DNA of 63,678 bases, the filler included, from Octopus bimaculoides (lineage: Eukaryota): assembly GCF_001194135.2 (NCBI RefSeq). It is 5 parts of 5 records of this genome, joined end to end, with 100 filler letters (N's around TTAATTAATTAA, not from the genome) between each part and the next. Parts side by side here need not be neighbours in the genome. Positions count along the whole stretch, not along the records: positions 13,837 to 31,009 come from NC_068989.1; positions 31,110 to 58,922 come from NC_068983.1; 3 more parts are not named here. The stretch is one strand, 5' to 3'. Of the stretch, positions 24,157 to 36,259 are shown piece by piece. The number at the start of each line of letters is the position of its first letter. Position 1 is the first letter of the stretch. Below the pieces are notes generated by a model. The model did no database searches. It was not told where the DNA came from and was given only the letters and a program-made list of their open reading frames with translations. A program made the position numbers and the translations under genes.

Positions 24157-26316
24157 GTAAGTGATTTCTATATGATTACAATACTGCAGACACAAGAAAC
24201 TTGAGACATAGCATGTTTCTGGGCAACCTATGCTTTGGTATATGGTAACGAGTGAAAAAAGATCTAACACACAAATGCTGATGAACTGTTCATAAAAGCT
24301 GGCATAAAAATGACATTGATTTCAAGAGCTTGCTTTGCTTTTGCATTGCTTCATGTTAAGGATGATGATGATGATTATCATCATTGTTTTTATGTCCACT
24401 TTTTCCATGCTTGCATGGTTCAGATGGAGTTTATTGAGGTAGACTTTCTATGACCAGAGATGCGTTTGCTGTCACCAGCCCTCACCTATTTTCCATGCAA
24501 GGAAATGTTTCTCCATGGCCAGACATGTTCTTCATGGAAGACTAAAAACAAACAACATCATTTGAATGATGGTGATGCTCGACTCTAAATATGTTTGTTC
24601 TTTTTTTAATTCATTCTTATCAATTTTTATTGTTTGATATTCGTGACTTTTATATATTAATCAGAACTTGTAACTCACAAATGATATGACTTCTACGGGT
24701 GAGTTTAGAGTTCCTTATAGAGCATTATCATCCAGTCTGCATCCAGTATAGTGGTGTGGTTGTTACTGTACTTTGTAGTACCACTGGTTATGATAAACAG
24801 CAAATGTAGGGTAAATTATGATATAAACTTGTGTTTATCATATTTTATATTACACTCTCACACACAGGCATTAATAAAAAAACATGACTGAAAATAATTG
24901 AGAAGAGAAGTCTAATGAATCCTTCATACACACAAATGCTGATATGTATGTACAAATATATATACATTAAAGCCACACATTTTAATGTAGAACAGGATAT
25001 GAAACTAGAGTTGAGTTTTTCCCTGTTACTAAGTGTTATTTATCATCCTTGGCTAACATTTTAAACTAGTTCAAGAATGTCTGTAGGCATAATGTCACTA
25101 TGTACATATTAGGTGAGCTTGAAGAAGTATAATTTTGACGACAACATTTGTTTAACTGTGAAGTGCAATCAGTGCATCAATAAATATAACAATTTGTTTT
25201 TATCTGCAACAAGATCATCATCATCATTTAACATTCGTTGTCCATGCTGGCATGGGTTCGACAGTTTCACCAGAGTTGGGGAGCTGCACCAGACTCCAAT
25301 CTGATTTGGCATGGTTTCTATGGCTGGATGCCCTTCCTAATGCCAACCACTTTACAGTGTGCTGGGTGCTTTTATGTGGTGCTGCACATGGTAAATTTTC
25401 ATCTGCACAGGTGCATCTCTATATACAATGATTGTAGAGTAATTAATGAATAATAATCATAGCTTGCCAAGTAGACAGAATGTTTGAGGTTGTGCATTTC
25501 ATACCCTTAAGTCCATTTTGATATCAATTGATATCTCTGGTGATAGTCTAGTATTGGATTATGTGTGTTACATGTGCATCAAGTAAATAAAATAACAACT
25601 ACTATTGCAGAATTGTAGGTAGTAGTTGGTTGTTATATGTCTTCTATGTCATGGTTTTAATGTCTCCTTTCCCATGCTTGCATGGGTTGTACAAAGCTTA
25701 TTGGGGCAAATTTTCAACAGCGAGATGCCCTTCCTGTTTCCAAGCAAGGTATTTTTCCTATAGCAGAAACTGCTTGCATGATGGCAATGCTCATAACTCT
25801 TGTGTTATGTCAAGACAGGGGGTCAGACACCTACACACATGTATAAAATGAACTTCTTTCAGTTTCAATCTACCAGATCCACTCACAAAGCTTTAGTAAA
25901 CCTGGGGCTGTAGCAAAAGACACCTGCCCCAAGGTATCATTCAGTTGGATTGAATTCAAACCCATGAAGTTGAGAAGCAAACCTCTCAACCATACAGCCA
26001 TGCTGGCATCAATTACAATTTCATATAGTATTTTTAGTGGTTGAGAAATTTCTTATCTGCTCTATAATGTCCAATATTAACTCTTTTAAACCTATATTTA
26101 TAGCCCTCATGCTCTGTAAATGATTATTAAAACCATTTCCAGTTCTGAAAAAAAATTTTTTCTAATTATGCTACACTCTTTTCAACTGATCCAACTTATG
26201 TTTGGTTTTCAGAGGTCTTTTTCTGGTAATGCCCTGTGTATTTATAATTATAATGTTACATTCTTCTCATTGATACTATATTGTCAGCTAATTTGATTCT
26301 TATGTTTGATTTCCAG

Positions 26317-26393
26317 AGGCCTTATCCTGGTAATGCCCAGTATACTTATAATAATTGGTCACCTCCAGCTCAATCCAATGAGACCTCTAATGG
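26317..26393 (+). CDS. USP9X: USP9X exon: [25 protein letters not shown](G)
   Basis: [23 protein letters not shown] motif. TTCCAG acceptor; GTAAGT donor at 26394. Phase 0/2. Confidence 0.97.
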
Positions 26394-27536
26394 GTAAGTA
26401 CTTTTTGTTTTGTTTAAACAGTTTATATATTTCATAGCTGTTTATGTAGCTTTGTAGACTCTGTCAGTTCTGATGGAGTGGGCTCCAGCAGTGATTAAGC
26501 ACAAATATAAACATACTCAATAGAGTGACACGTTTCAGTGGAATTCTTATTGTTAGGTTTTGTGGTTGTAATTCCATCTTAAGTTTGTTTAGAAGTCTTA
26601 GTAAACTATCATCATCATTGTTTAACATCCGTCTTCCATGTATGCATGAGTAGGACAGTTGACAGGAGCTGACCAGGTAGAAGACTATCCCAGGCAGTGA
26701 GGTGGCAGAAACGTTAGCACACCGGGCGAAATACTTAGCGGTATTTTGTCTGCCATTACGTTCTGAGTTCAAATTCCGCCGAGGTTGACTTTGCCTTTCA
26801 TCCTTGTAAAGATATTATTGCTAAGTGTTAGGCACAAATTTAGTTTGTGCATTCCACATTCTTGAAATTTCTAACCAAAGTTCCAAATAATTACATTTTA
26901 CCCACATCCCTTACTAACTATATTTTGGTCACCTGGAATGATGACATTCTGTGTCACATTTCTGTGCTTCCTTCAGCAGTATTTGCTCTGGCTCTTCATC
27001 TTTTGACTTTAATTTTGCCTTTCATCCATCTAAGGTTGATAAAATAAAGTGCCAGCCTAGCTCTGGGGTCTATATAATTGACTGTTTCTCCCCTCCAAAT
27101 TTCTAGCTTGGTGCTTATGCTAGAAATTATTGAAGTCAGTCGATTGGCAGAATTGGTAAAACATCAAATAAAATATCTTAACCCTTGGGTATTCAGATTA
27201 CTCTGTCAAATGTAATGCTTATTTATTTACATTGTTTTGGATTAATCCCGCATTATCTCGTAGCTTTGAGATTTCAATGATGTGATTGGTTATTTTTAGA
27301 GTAACATTGTGGGGTTGGTGTAAGGGGCTGGATCTGGCCAGTCTGAACACAAAACATAGAATAATTAGGCTGGATATGGCTAGTTTAAATGCTAAGAGAT
27401 TAAAGTATTTGGTTATGGTTCTTTGTGCTGAATACAAACTGTAGAAAGTTTTTTTTTTTTATTTTGTGTTATTGTTGTTGTTATCATCATCATCATTATC
27501 ACCGTTGTTATTATTATTATTTTTTTTCTTCAACAG

Positions 27537-27606
27537 TTATTTCCTGGAACGATCTCATAGTGCTAGAAGTACTTTAACCAGAGCCTATGAGCTTTGTCCT
27601 GAAGAG
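27537..27606 (+). CDS. USP9X: USP9X exon: (G)[23 protein letters not shown]
   Basis: [19 protein letters not shown] motif. CAACAG acceptor; GTAATT donor at 27607. Phase 2/0. Confidence 0.97.
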
Positions 27607-27829
27607 GTAATTATTTTCTCTTAGTATTATTATTTTGTTTTTTTTTCAAAAAAATCATAAATAACTATAAATATGACATTGTTACTTTTTTCTTTTTAAT
27701 TATTTTTAAAATAATAACATGTTGGATTTTGTAGTTAAGGTAATAAATTTATATGATATTTTCTTACATAGTTACACTTCACCAATCTTTCAGTGTTTAG
27801 TCTTTCCCCTCTGCATTCTATGTTCAAAT

Positions 27830-28790
27830 ACCACCAGGGTTGTTTGCCATTGTTATCAGACATATATTAGGAGTCTGCTTAATCATTTAGCTGGGTGTCC
27901 TTCTTATGATTAACCATTCAACTGTAAAGCAACCTTGATCGCTTTCTTATCTCTGAACTTAGCTTTTACTCAAGCATTATTATCTTTGTACTAATAGTAT
28001 CATCTGACCAATAGATTTTGCATACCCTACAACCCCTAACTCTCATTTCTTATCAACAAATAGGTTGGCAAAGCAAATGTTCTTCACTGTCCATCTAAGC
28101 AGGTAACTTAAACTATCCTTCTAGATATGTTTCTTGCACATCTCTCACCCATCCAAAAGCCAGTGAATGCCAAATTCTTAAGTGGTTTATTCGTTGCTGT
28201 ACTGCATCAATACAAGCAAGGAACACTGCTTAAAAGTGGTTGGAGGTGGTCACTAACCACCAACTTTGAGGACAGCTGAGAGACAATGAACAGAAAAGCA
28301 AAAGTTGTCTCTAGGCATGCCACTGCTTGCAATTTCTCTCACTTAACCAAATTCTAGGTTTCTGGTCCCTTGCCAAGAAGGTATCCACCAGCTTTGTAAA
28401 ACCTTCCTACTCACCACCATTTCTTCCAAGTGAAAGACCCTGCTCCCCCATTTTCTGTCTATGTTCCCATACAACACACATTTAATAAAATTCCTCCCAA
28501 TCTTTCTGTCTCCACAATACCAATCTCATCAGCAATTGTGAAAATTCCTTTGTTCATGCCAAACAAAATGACCGATTCTGACAGTGTACCTTCTGTTATC
28601 CTAAAATCATTGCATTTCACAGCTTCAAACAGTGAATTTCAAAGCTGGCTACTTTCAGTCTTTGCCAAACTCTGTTACGGTCAATCTCAATCTATGGAAA
28701 CGCATGTATTTAGCTCAGTTTTTAAAATGGTAACTCCTCTGGTCCTGAAACTGCCTACCAATCAATTAACCACGCTTTCAATTTAATCAA
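27830..28790 (+). mobile_element. Decayed CR1/L2-type LINE fragment
   Basis: ORF 28430-28786 has KMTDSDSVPSVILK...FAKLCY...SVFKMVT, resembling the K..GPD.IP..ILK...L.KLF...PIFKKG pre-RT region. The upstream limit is approximate. Confidence 0.5.
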
Positions 28791-29792
28791 ATGAAACTTT
28801 GAAGCCACTGTCAGTACTATTATTGTTAAAGAATAATATTTTTGTACTCTACAAAAGTATGGAGTAACCCTTCAGATTAATTTGGTAAAACTGCTTTTAT
28901 TAGAACCGAACATAAAAACAAACATATCATCATCATAGTTGTCATTTGATGTCTGCTTTCCATGCTGGCATGAGTTAGATGGTTTGACTGGAACTGGTAA
29001 GCTGCACCAATTTTCTGTCTGATTTGGTATGGTTTCTATGACTGGATGTCCTTCCTAACACCAACCACTCCAAGAGTGTAATGGGTGCTTTTTACATGTC
29101 ACTGGCACGGGAAAACAATGATTAGTCACAAAATGGACTTCTTTCAGTTTCTATCTTTGAAATCCATTCCCAAGGCTTTGGTTGACCCAGGGCTATTGTA
29201 GAAGGCACCCACTTAAAGTAGCACACAGTGTGACTGAACCCAATACATGTAGGGAAGCAAATTTCTTAACCACATGACCAAGCCTGCACCTTCCTAATGT
29301 CTTTTATCTTTTACTTGTTTGTCATTTGATTGTGGCCATGCTGGGGCACTGCTTTGAAGGGTTTTTGGTTGAACAAACTGATCCCAGGACTTACTTTTAA
29401 AGTCTGATACTTATTCTGTCTGTGCCTTTTGCTGAACTGCTAAGTTACAGGGAAGTAAACACACCAACGCCAGTTGTTGAGTAGTGATGATGGGACACAC
29501 ACAACTGGCTTCTTTCAGTTTCTTTCTACCAAATCTACTCACAAGGCTTTGATCAGCCTGATGCTATAGTAGGAGACACTTGTCCAAGGTCTCACACAGT
29601 AGGATTGAACCTGGGAACCATGTGGTTGGGAAGCAAGCTTCTTACCACACAGCCACACCTGTGCCTCTGTATATTTTAAATTCAAATGTTTGGAAATCAA
29701 ATAAAATTTTGCATAAAATGCCTTTGTCTTTTTTTTGGTTTTGAAGGCAATGTCGATGTACTTTCTAACATTTATTTTTAAATTGTGTGCAG

Positions 29793-29941
29793 GAACCCGA
29801 AGAAGCTGACTTGACTGACGAACCAGAGAGTCCACATCATGACGAACAAGTGCCCATGTATAGTGGACAAACGCAGCTGCCAACTCAGAGTCAGCAGCCC
29901 ACCCAAAGCCAGCCTGCAACACAGTCCCAATCTTTAACAAT
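29793..29941 (+). CDS. USP9X: USP9X probable terminal coding exon (runs into N gap): EPEEADLTDEPESPHHDEQVPMYSGQTQLPTQSQQPTQSQPATQSQSLT...
   Basis: GTGCAG acceptor in phase 0. Acidic EP..D..DE.ESP start corresponds to the recalled EPDDQDAPDEHESP. The 3' end and stop codon are hidden in the gap beginning at 29942. Confidence 0.85.
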
Positions 29942-30452
29942 NNNNNNNNNNNNNNNNNNNNNNNNNNNNNNNNNNNNNNNNNNNNNNNNNNNNNNNNNNN
30001 NNNNNNNNNNNNNNNNNNNNNNNNNNNNNNNNNNNNNNNNNNNNNNNNNNNNNNNNNNNNNNNNNNNNNNNNNNNNNNNNNNNNNNNNNNNNNNNNNNNN
30101 NNNNNNNNNNNNNNNNNNNNNNNNNNNNNNNNNNNNNNNNNNNNNNNNNNNNNNNNNNNNNNNNNNNNNNNNNNNNNNNNNNNNNNNNNNNNNNNNNNNN
30201 NNNNNNNNNNNNNNNNNNNNNNNNNNNNNNNNNNNNNNNNNNNNNNNNNNNNNNNNNNNNNNNNNNNNNNNNNNNNNNNNNNNNNNNNNNNNNNNNNNNN
30301 NNNNNNNNNNNNNNNNNNNNNNNNNNNNNNNNNNNNNNNNNNNNNNNNNNNNNNNNNNNNNNNNNNNNNNNNNNNNNNNNNNNNNNNNNNNNNNNNNNNN
30401 NNNNNNNNNNNNNNNNNNNNNNNNNNNNNNNNNNNNNNNNNNNNNNNNNNNN

Positions 30453-30503
<51 letters not shown>

Positions 30504-31109
30504 ATGTATATATATATATATATATATATATTGGGAAAAAACAAAGTTTGGTCCAATTTATTCTGGAGCTATAGACATTAAGCTGCTATTTCACATCAAA
30601 TATTGGAATGTTGGTCAACTTTCAAAGTAGAAAGATTGCAAATAGAAGAAGAAAAAAAAAAAGAGCGAGAGAGAGAGAGATGAAAAATTAAATCAGCAAC
30701 TCAAAGCAATGATGATATAATAATATGACAATGATAATTATGATGATGATGATGATGATGACAATGATAATAACGCACTTGTATATAGCTATGTTCAGGG
30801 TGTGAGTATATATATATATATGTGTGTATATATATATATGTATATGCGTATGTGTGTATATATATATATGTATATGTGTATGTATATGTGTATATATATA
30901 TATATGTGTACATGTGTATATATATATATGTATGTGTATATATATATGTATATATATATGTGTATATATATATGTATATATATATGTGTATATATATATG
31001 TATATATATNNNNNNNNNNNNNNNNNNNNNNNNNNNNNNNNNNNNNNNNNNNNTTAATTAATTAANNNNNNNNNNNNNNNNNNNNNNNNNNNNNNNNNNN
31101 NNNNNNNNN

Positions 31110-31141
<32 letters not shown>

Positions 31142-33817
31142 TGACTTATCAGTGACTACTCTGCCTTTAGTAATATCGATGTCAGTTACAGTTTTCAATG
31201 TTACTTCTGTGGTCTCTTATATATTGGTCTGAGATTAGTGAATCGCATCACCAAATATCTAAAGGTCCGCTTACGCAATACTACGTAACCTGACACACCT
31301 CACTGCAGCTGTTAGGAAGATCAACGTTCAATCTTCCTCTTGGGTTCCTCCGTTCTCACGAGCATCTTTACGTAGTAACACCTTACACAAACACTCATGT
31401 ATATGAGTATATATATATATATAATAGGAATAGAAATCCAAATTTACAGGTAAAAACTCAATTAAATTCAATTAAATATATATATATATTTATATATACA
31501 CACATACATATATATATATACATATATAGTAATAATAACAATAACTCTTGGGTAGAATTTATAAACATTTATTGCATGGCGGCGCGCGTTTACGCAAATC
31601 ACATGTCTTTAAAGATCACAGTCCGTATTCCTGGAATAATTACAATGTAGTCCGTAGTATCCGTGGGCATCAGGTTGATCATCTTCATAAATTCATTTCT
31701 TCAGGTGACATAACATCAATGGATGTTTAACAAAAGGATGTTTGTCTCTTTTGACTAGCGCAAAAGATTCATTGACTGGTCCATTGGTCGCCATCTAAAG
31801 AATGTGGCCGGCATAATGAAATAGATTTATATGCATTTTGAAAACGTTTCTCGTAACAAAAGTTTTAAAAAATATATATGTATATATATATATATATATA
31901 TATACGACGGACTTCTTTCAGTTTCCATCTACTAAATCCACCCACAAGGGCTTTGGTCAGCCCGATGCTATAGTAGAAGACACTNNNNNNNNNNNNNNNN
32001 NNNNNNNNNNNNNNNNNNNNNNNNNNNNNNNNNNNNNNNNNNNNNNNNNNNNNNNNNNNNNNNNNNNNNNNNNNNNNNNNNNNNNNNNNNNNNNNNNNNN
32101 NNNNNNNNNNNNNNNNNNNNNNNNNNNNNNNNNNNNNNNNNNNNNNNNNNNNNNNNNNNNNNNNNNNNNNNNNNNNNNNNNNNNNNNNNNNNNNNNNNNN
32201 NNNNNNNNNNNNNNNNNNNNNNNNNNNNNNNNNNNNNNNNNNNNNNNNNNNNNNNNNNNNNNNNNNNNNNNNNNNNNNNNNNNNNNNNNNNNNNNNNNNN
32301 NNNNNNNNNNNNNNNNNNNNNNNNNNNNNNNNNNNNNNNNNNNNNNNNNNNNNNNNNNNNNNNNNNNNNNNNNNNNNNNNNNNNNNNNNNNNNNNNNNNN
32401 NNNNNNNNNNNNNNNNNNNNNNNNNNNNNNNNNNNNNNNNNNNNNNNNNNNNNNNNNNNNNNNNNNNNNNNNNNNNNNNNNNNNNNNNNNNNNNNNNNNN
32501 NNNNNNNNNNNNNNNNNNNNNNNNNNNNNNNNNNNNNNNNNNNNNNNNNNNNNNNNNNNNNNNNNNNNNNNNNNNNNNNNNNNNNNNNNNNNNNNNNNNN
32601 NNNNNNNNNNNNNNNNNNNNNNNNNNNNNNNNNNNNNNNNNNNNNNNNNNNNNNNNNNNNNNNNNNNNNNNNNNNNNNNNNNNNNNNNNNNNNNNNNNNN
32701 NNNNNNNNNNNNNNNNNNNNNNNNNNNNNNNNNNNNNNNNNNNNNNNNNNNNNNNNNNNNNNNNNNNNNNNNNNNNNNNNNNNNNNNNNNNNNNNNNNNN
32801 NNNNNNNNNNNNNNNNNNNNNNNNNNNNNNNNNNNNNNNNNNNNNNNNNNNNNNNNNNNNNNNNNNNNNNNNNNNNNNNNNNNNNNNNNTGTGTGTGTGT
32901 GTGTGTGTGTGTAATCACAATTGTGCACAACGGTGCTAGAGCTCAACTTTAAGTGAAGTATGCTGCAGAACCTTATTTGTTTAGCTACTTATATCAAGAT
33001 ATAAAATCAGCAATGCATAAAGTGCAATAATCGTTATATTTGTTGATATTGTTGTTAAATCCGTGCTCGTAACAGTCATTATAGTTTTTGTACTTATTCC
33101 CTCCTGGGCCCACCAAAGAGGCGTTGTTTGTTTTCAACCTCAACAAACAGTTAAGAAAACCTCATTGTGGTAACTCTTTTATACCTGCTCAGAAATGGTG
33201 GTGGAAGCGGTTCCTTCACTTCGTTGTTGTTGTTGTTGTAGTGGTGGTGGTGGTGGTGGTATTGGTGGTGATGATGGTGGTATTGATTGTTGTTGTTGCA
33301 CCTCCGCTGACGTAAGATTCTCTACGGTATTTTAGCGGTACGGTTCATGACATAACATTTAAGGACACTTGATAGACTGATAATTTCGAACACAAGCGTT
33401 ACTTTACCAGTGTCGGCAATGCTTATTCATATTTTCTTTGCCATATTTTCTTTACCATACTTTACCAGTGTCGACAATACTTATTCATAATTTGCCGAAT
33501 AATCGGCAAATTTTAATGTGATTTCAGCTTCTAAATATATTTGAAGGCTAAAAATATGTTTTTACATACAACATTGTGATTGAACTTTAGGTCTTAAGGG
33601 TGATTTATTCAGTCACTAAATACTATCTAGGGACTTTTGTATAATTTATGTGCAGGAGTGGCTGTGTGGTAAGTAGCTTGCTTACCAACCACATGGCTCC
33701 AGGTTCAGTCCCACTGCGTGGTACCTTGGGCAAGTGTCTTCTACTATAGCCTCGGGCCGACCAAAGCCTTCTGAGTGGATTTGGTAAACGGAAACTGAAA
33801 GAATCCCGTCGTATATA

Positions 33818-33886
<69 letters not shown>

Positions 33887-34786
33887 GTGTGTTTGTGTGT
33901 CTGTGTTTGTCTCCCCCACTATTGCTTGACAACCAATGGTGGTGTGATTATGTCCCCGTAACTTAGCGGTTCGGCAAAAGAGACCGATAGAATAAGTACT
34001 AAGATTCCAAAGAATAAGTCCTGGGGTCGATTTGCTCGACTAAAGGCGGTGCTCCAGCATGGCCACAGTCAAATGATTGAAACAAGTAAAAGAGTAAAAG
34101 AGTATCCTTTAGAGTTTTGGTTGAGAAACTGTCCGACGAACGGGAATGTGAAATTCTGAGTAACAGTTTTTGCGATGTCTTTGTAACTTTATTAATAAAG
34201 TATATTACTCTACCTCCGGTTTCATATTTACACACACACACACGCACATACATACATACATACATACATACATACTTTTTTGTTTCAGTCTACCAATCCA
34301 TTCACAAGGCTTTGGTCAGCCCGTGGTTGTAGTAGAATACATTCGCACAAGCTGCTACGTAGAGTGACTAAACCAAGATCCATGTGACTGGGATGCAAAC
34401 TTCTTACCACACAGCCACGCTACACCTATGTCTACATATTCAAATTATAAACAAATGCAGTGTTGTAAATGCAGTATCTCTTTTAGCTTTGTATATAGTT
34501 TATATGAGAAGATCCACATCGTCATCTGAGAATTCATAGAAGACACTCTCTGGGACAGAGTTAGAGAGAGACTTTGAAGAAACTTCTAGTTATTTTTTTG
34601 TTAACTATAGCAAAGAACTGATAATGAACGACTGAAACGCCTTCTGGTCCGTTGTACAATTGAAGGAGATACTTTAATGGTTTGTTCTGCAAGTTTATTA
34701 AACCACAAATAAAAATAGCACTGAAACGTAAAATAAAATTCTTGTCAGCATGTTGGTATATTGTGTGTGTACGCGCATTCAAACTA

Positions 34787-35146
34787 ATTACCCTGCGCAC
34801 GTAAGCGAAAGCAGGGTGCCGTAGTCGCTCGTTTTTGTCTGTCTGTGTGTTAGCAAAATTACTGGAAAACGGCTGAATAGATTTTCACCAAATTTGGTAG
34901 AAATATTCATTGGGTGAGTGGCTCGAACTCATTATTTTGGTTTGATTATCTTCAAAGCTGGCGGACAGGTGAATCATAATGTTTTTTTTTTCTTTGTTCG
35001 CATATGCATAAACTTTAAACAGGGAAAATAACTCTTGATGTCATTTTCTTGAACTATGAATTCGTCTGAGAATATATTTATTAGATCAAATTTTATTTTA
35101 TCCTTGCGTGCGCGCAGGGTATGCATCGCCCTCCGAAGCCTTTGTT
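34787..35146 (+). mobile_element. HINE/DINE-1-like (Helentron-associated) non-autonomous element
   Basis: SubTIR TACCCTGCGC (34789-34798) is inverted as GCGCAGGGTA (35112-35121). A second short inverted partner GCAGGGT lies at 34811-34817. (TGTC)-like tract, and TT flanks. Confidence 0.65.
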
Positions 35147-35767
35147 TTTCATTTATGGTATTAAGCCTTAGATTAATCCGCGCTGAAGCAGATCTATAAT
35201 CAAAAACGTTAAAGTCATGATCATCTTAAGCTTTTTTTTATGATATACTGTATTCAAGAGTTCATTATCCTGCAACAATCATACATCCCGTCTTTTCTAT
35301 TACGACAGTTTGTGATCTGAGAGAGAGATTTAGTCGACATTTCTAGCGGGTTGAGCGTTGAAACAAATGTCCTATTTCAAGTCACTGTCACTAATATTTT
35401 GTAGCGTGTATTGATGTACTCCATGATGTATGTAGCTGGTTATTTCTTTTAAATCTCGATGTAATGTGTGCATGCTGTTTTAAGCATTGTGATTTTACCC
35501 CTCATGCTCTCAAAGTCGATAAAGTAACCACCATTTGAGCACAAGGATCGGTGTAATTGATTTATCGCTTCTCTCGAAATTGCTGGCCTTGTGCCAAAAT
35601 TTGAAACCAATATTCATATTAATACTCTACATTTTCAGTTAAAATTTTCCTAGTGTAGCTGTACTTGGTATGCATAAAAATAATGTTTTTATCTTTAGTG
35701 TGTATATACACACATACACACATACCGCAGAACAGAAACATCAGCTGAATACACCCTTTCTCCGAAG

Positions 35768-35806
35768 ATTTCCTGAAGACGTGATCTTATCACGAAATAT
35801 TGAAAT
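35768..35806 (+). ncRNA. Apparently intact minimal type I hammerhead ribozyme
   Basis: Stem I AUUUC/GAAAU (5 bp), CUGAAGA core (35773-35779), extra C, stem II GUGAU[CUU]AUCAC, GAAA (35794-35797), palindromic AAUAUU, predicted AUU cleavage after 35801. Confidence 0.8.
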
Positions 35807-35989
35807 ACAATGCAAAAGTATAAACCATCGACTGGTATTATTTCTTATAACTTGCATAACTACTACTCCTCCTCCGCCGGCTCCTGCTCCAGCTGATCCT
35901 GCTCCTCCTACTCCTACTCCTCCACCAACACCACCACCTCTTCTACTAATTCTCCTCCTTCTTCTTCCTACTCCTTCTCATCCTATTCT

Positions 35990-36259
35990 CGTTTTCTTTT
36001 TCTTCTTAAACCTCCTCTTGCTCCTCCTTCCCCTTCTCCTCTCCTCTTCTCTCTCCTCCTTCTCCTCCTCCTTCTCCTCCTCCTTCTCCTCCTCCTTCTC
36101 CTCCTCCTTTTCCTTCCCCTTCTCTTCTCTTCTTCTTCCTCCTTCTCCTCTTCTTCCTTCCCTCTTTTTCCTCCTCCTCCCGTTCGCCTTCCCTTTCCTC
36201 CTCCGCTTCCTCTTCTTCTTCTTCTTCTTCTTCTTCTTCTTCTTCTTCTTCTTCTTCTT
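35990..36259. repeat. Pyrimidine-rich (CCT)n/(CTT)n tract
   Basis: Directly visible; runs into a gap. Confidence 0.95.

Noticed and set aside
31693-31794. Minus-strand 33-aa frame MATNGPVNESFALVKRDKHPFVKHPLMLCHLKK after a CTTTAG acceptor-like site, and its 16-nt match to 42882-42897
   Set aside because: No recognisable homology or partner exon, and one 16-mer match is about what chance gives in 64 kb.
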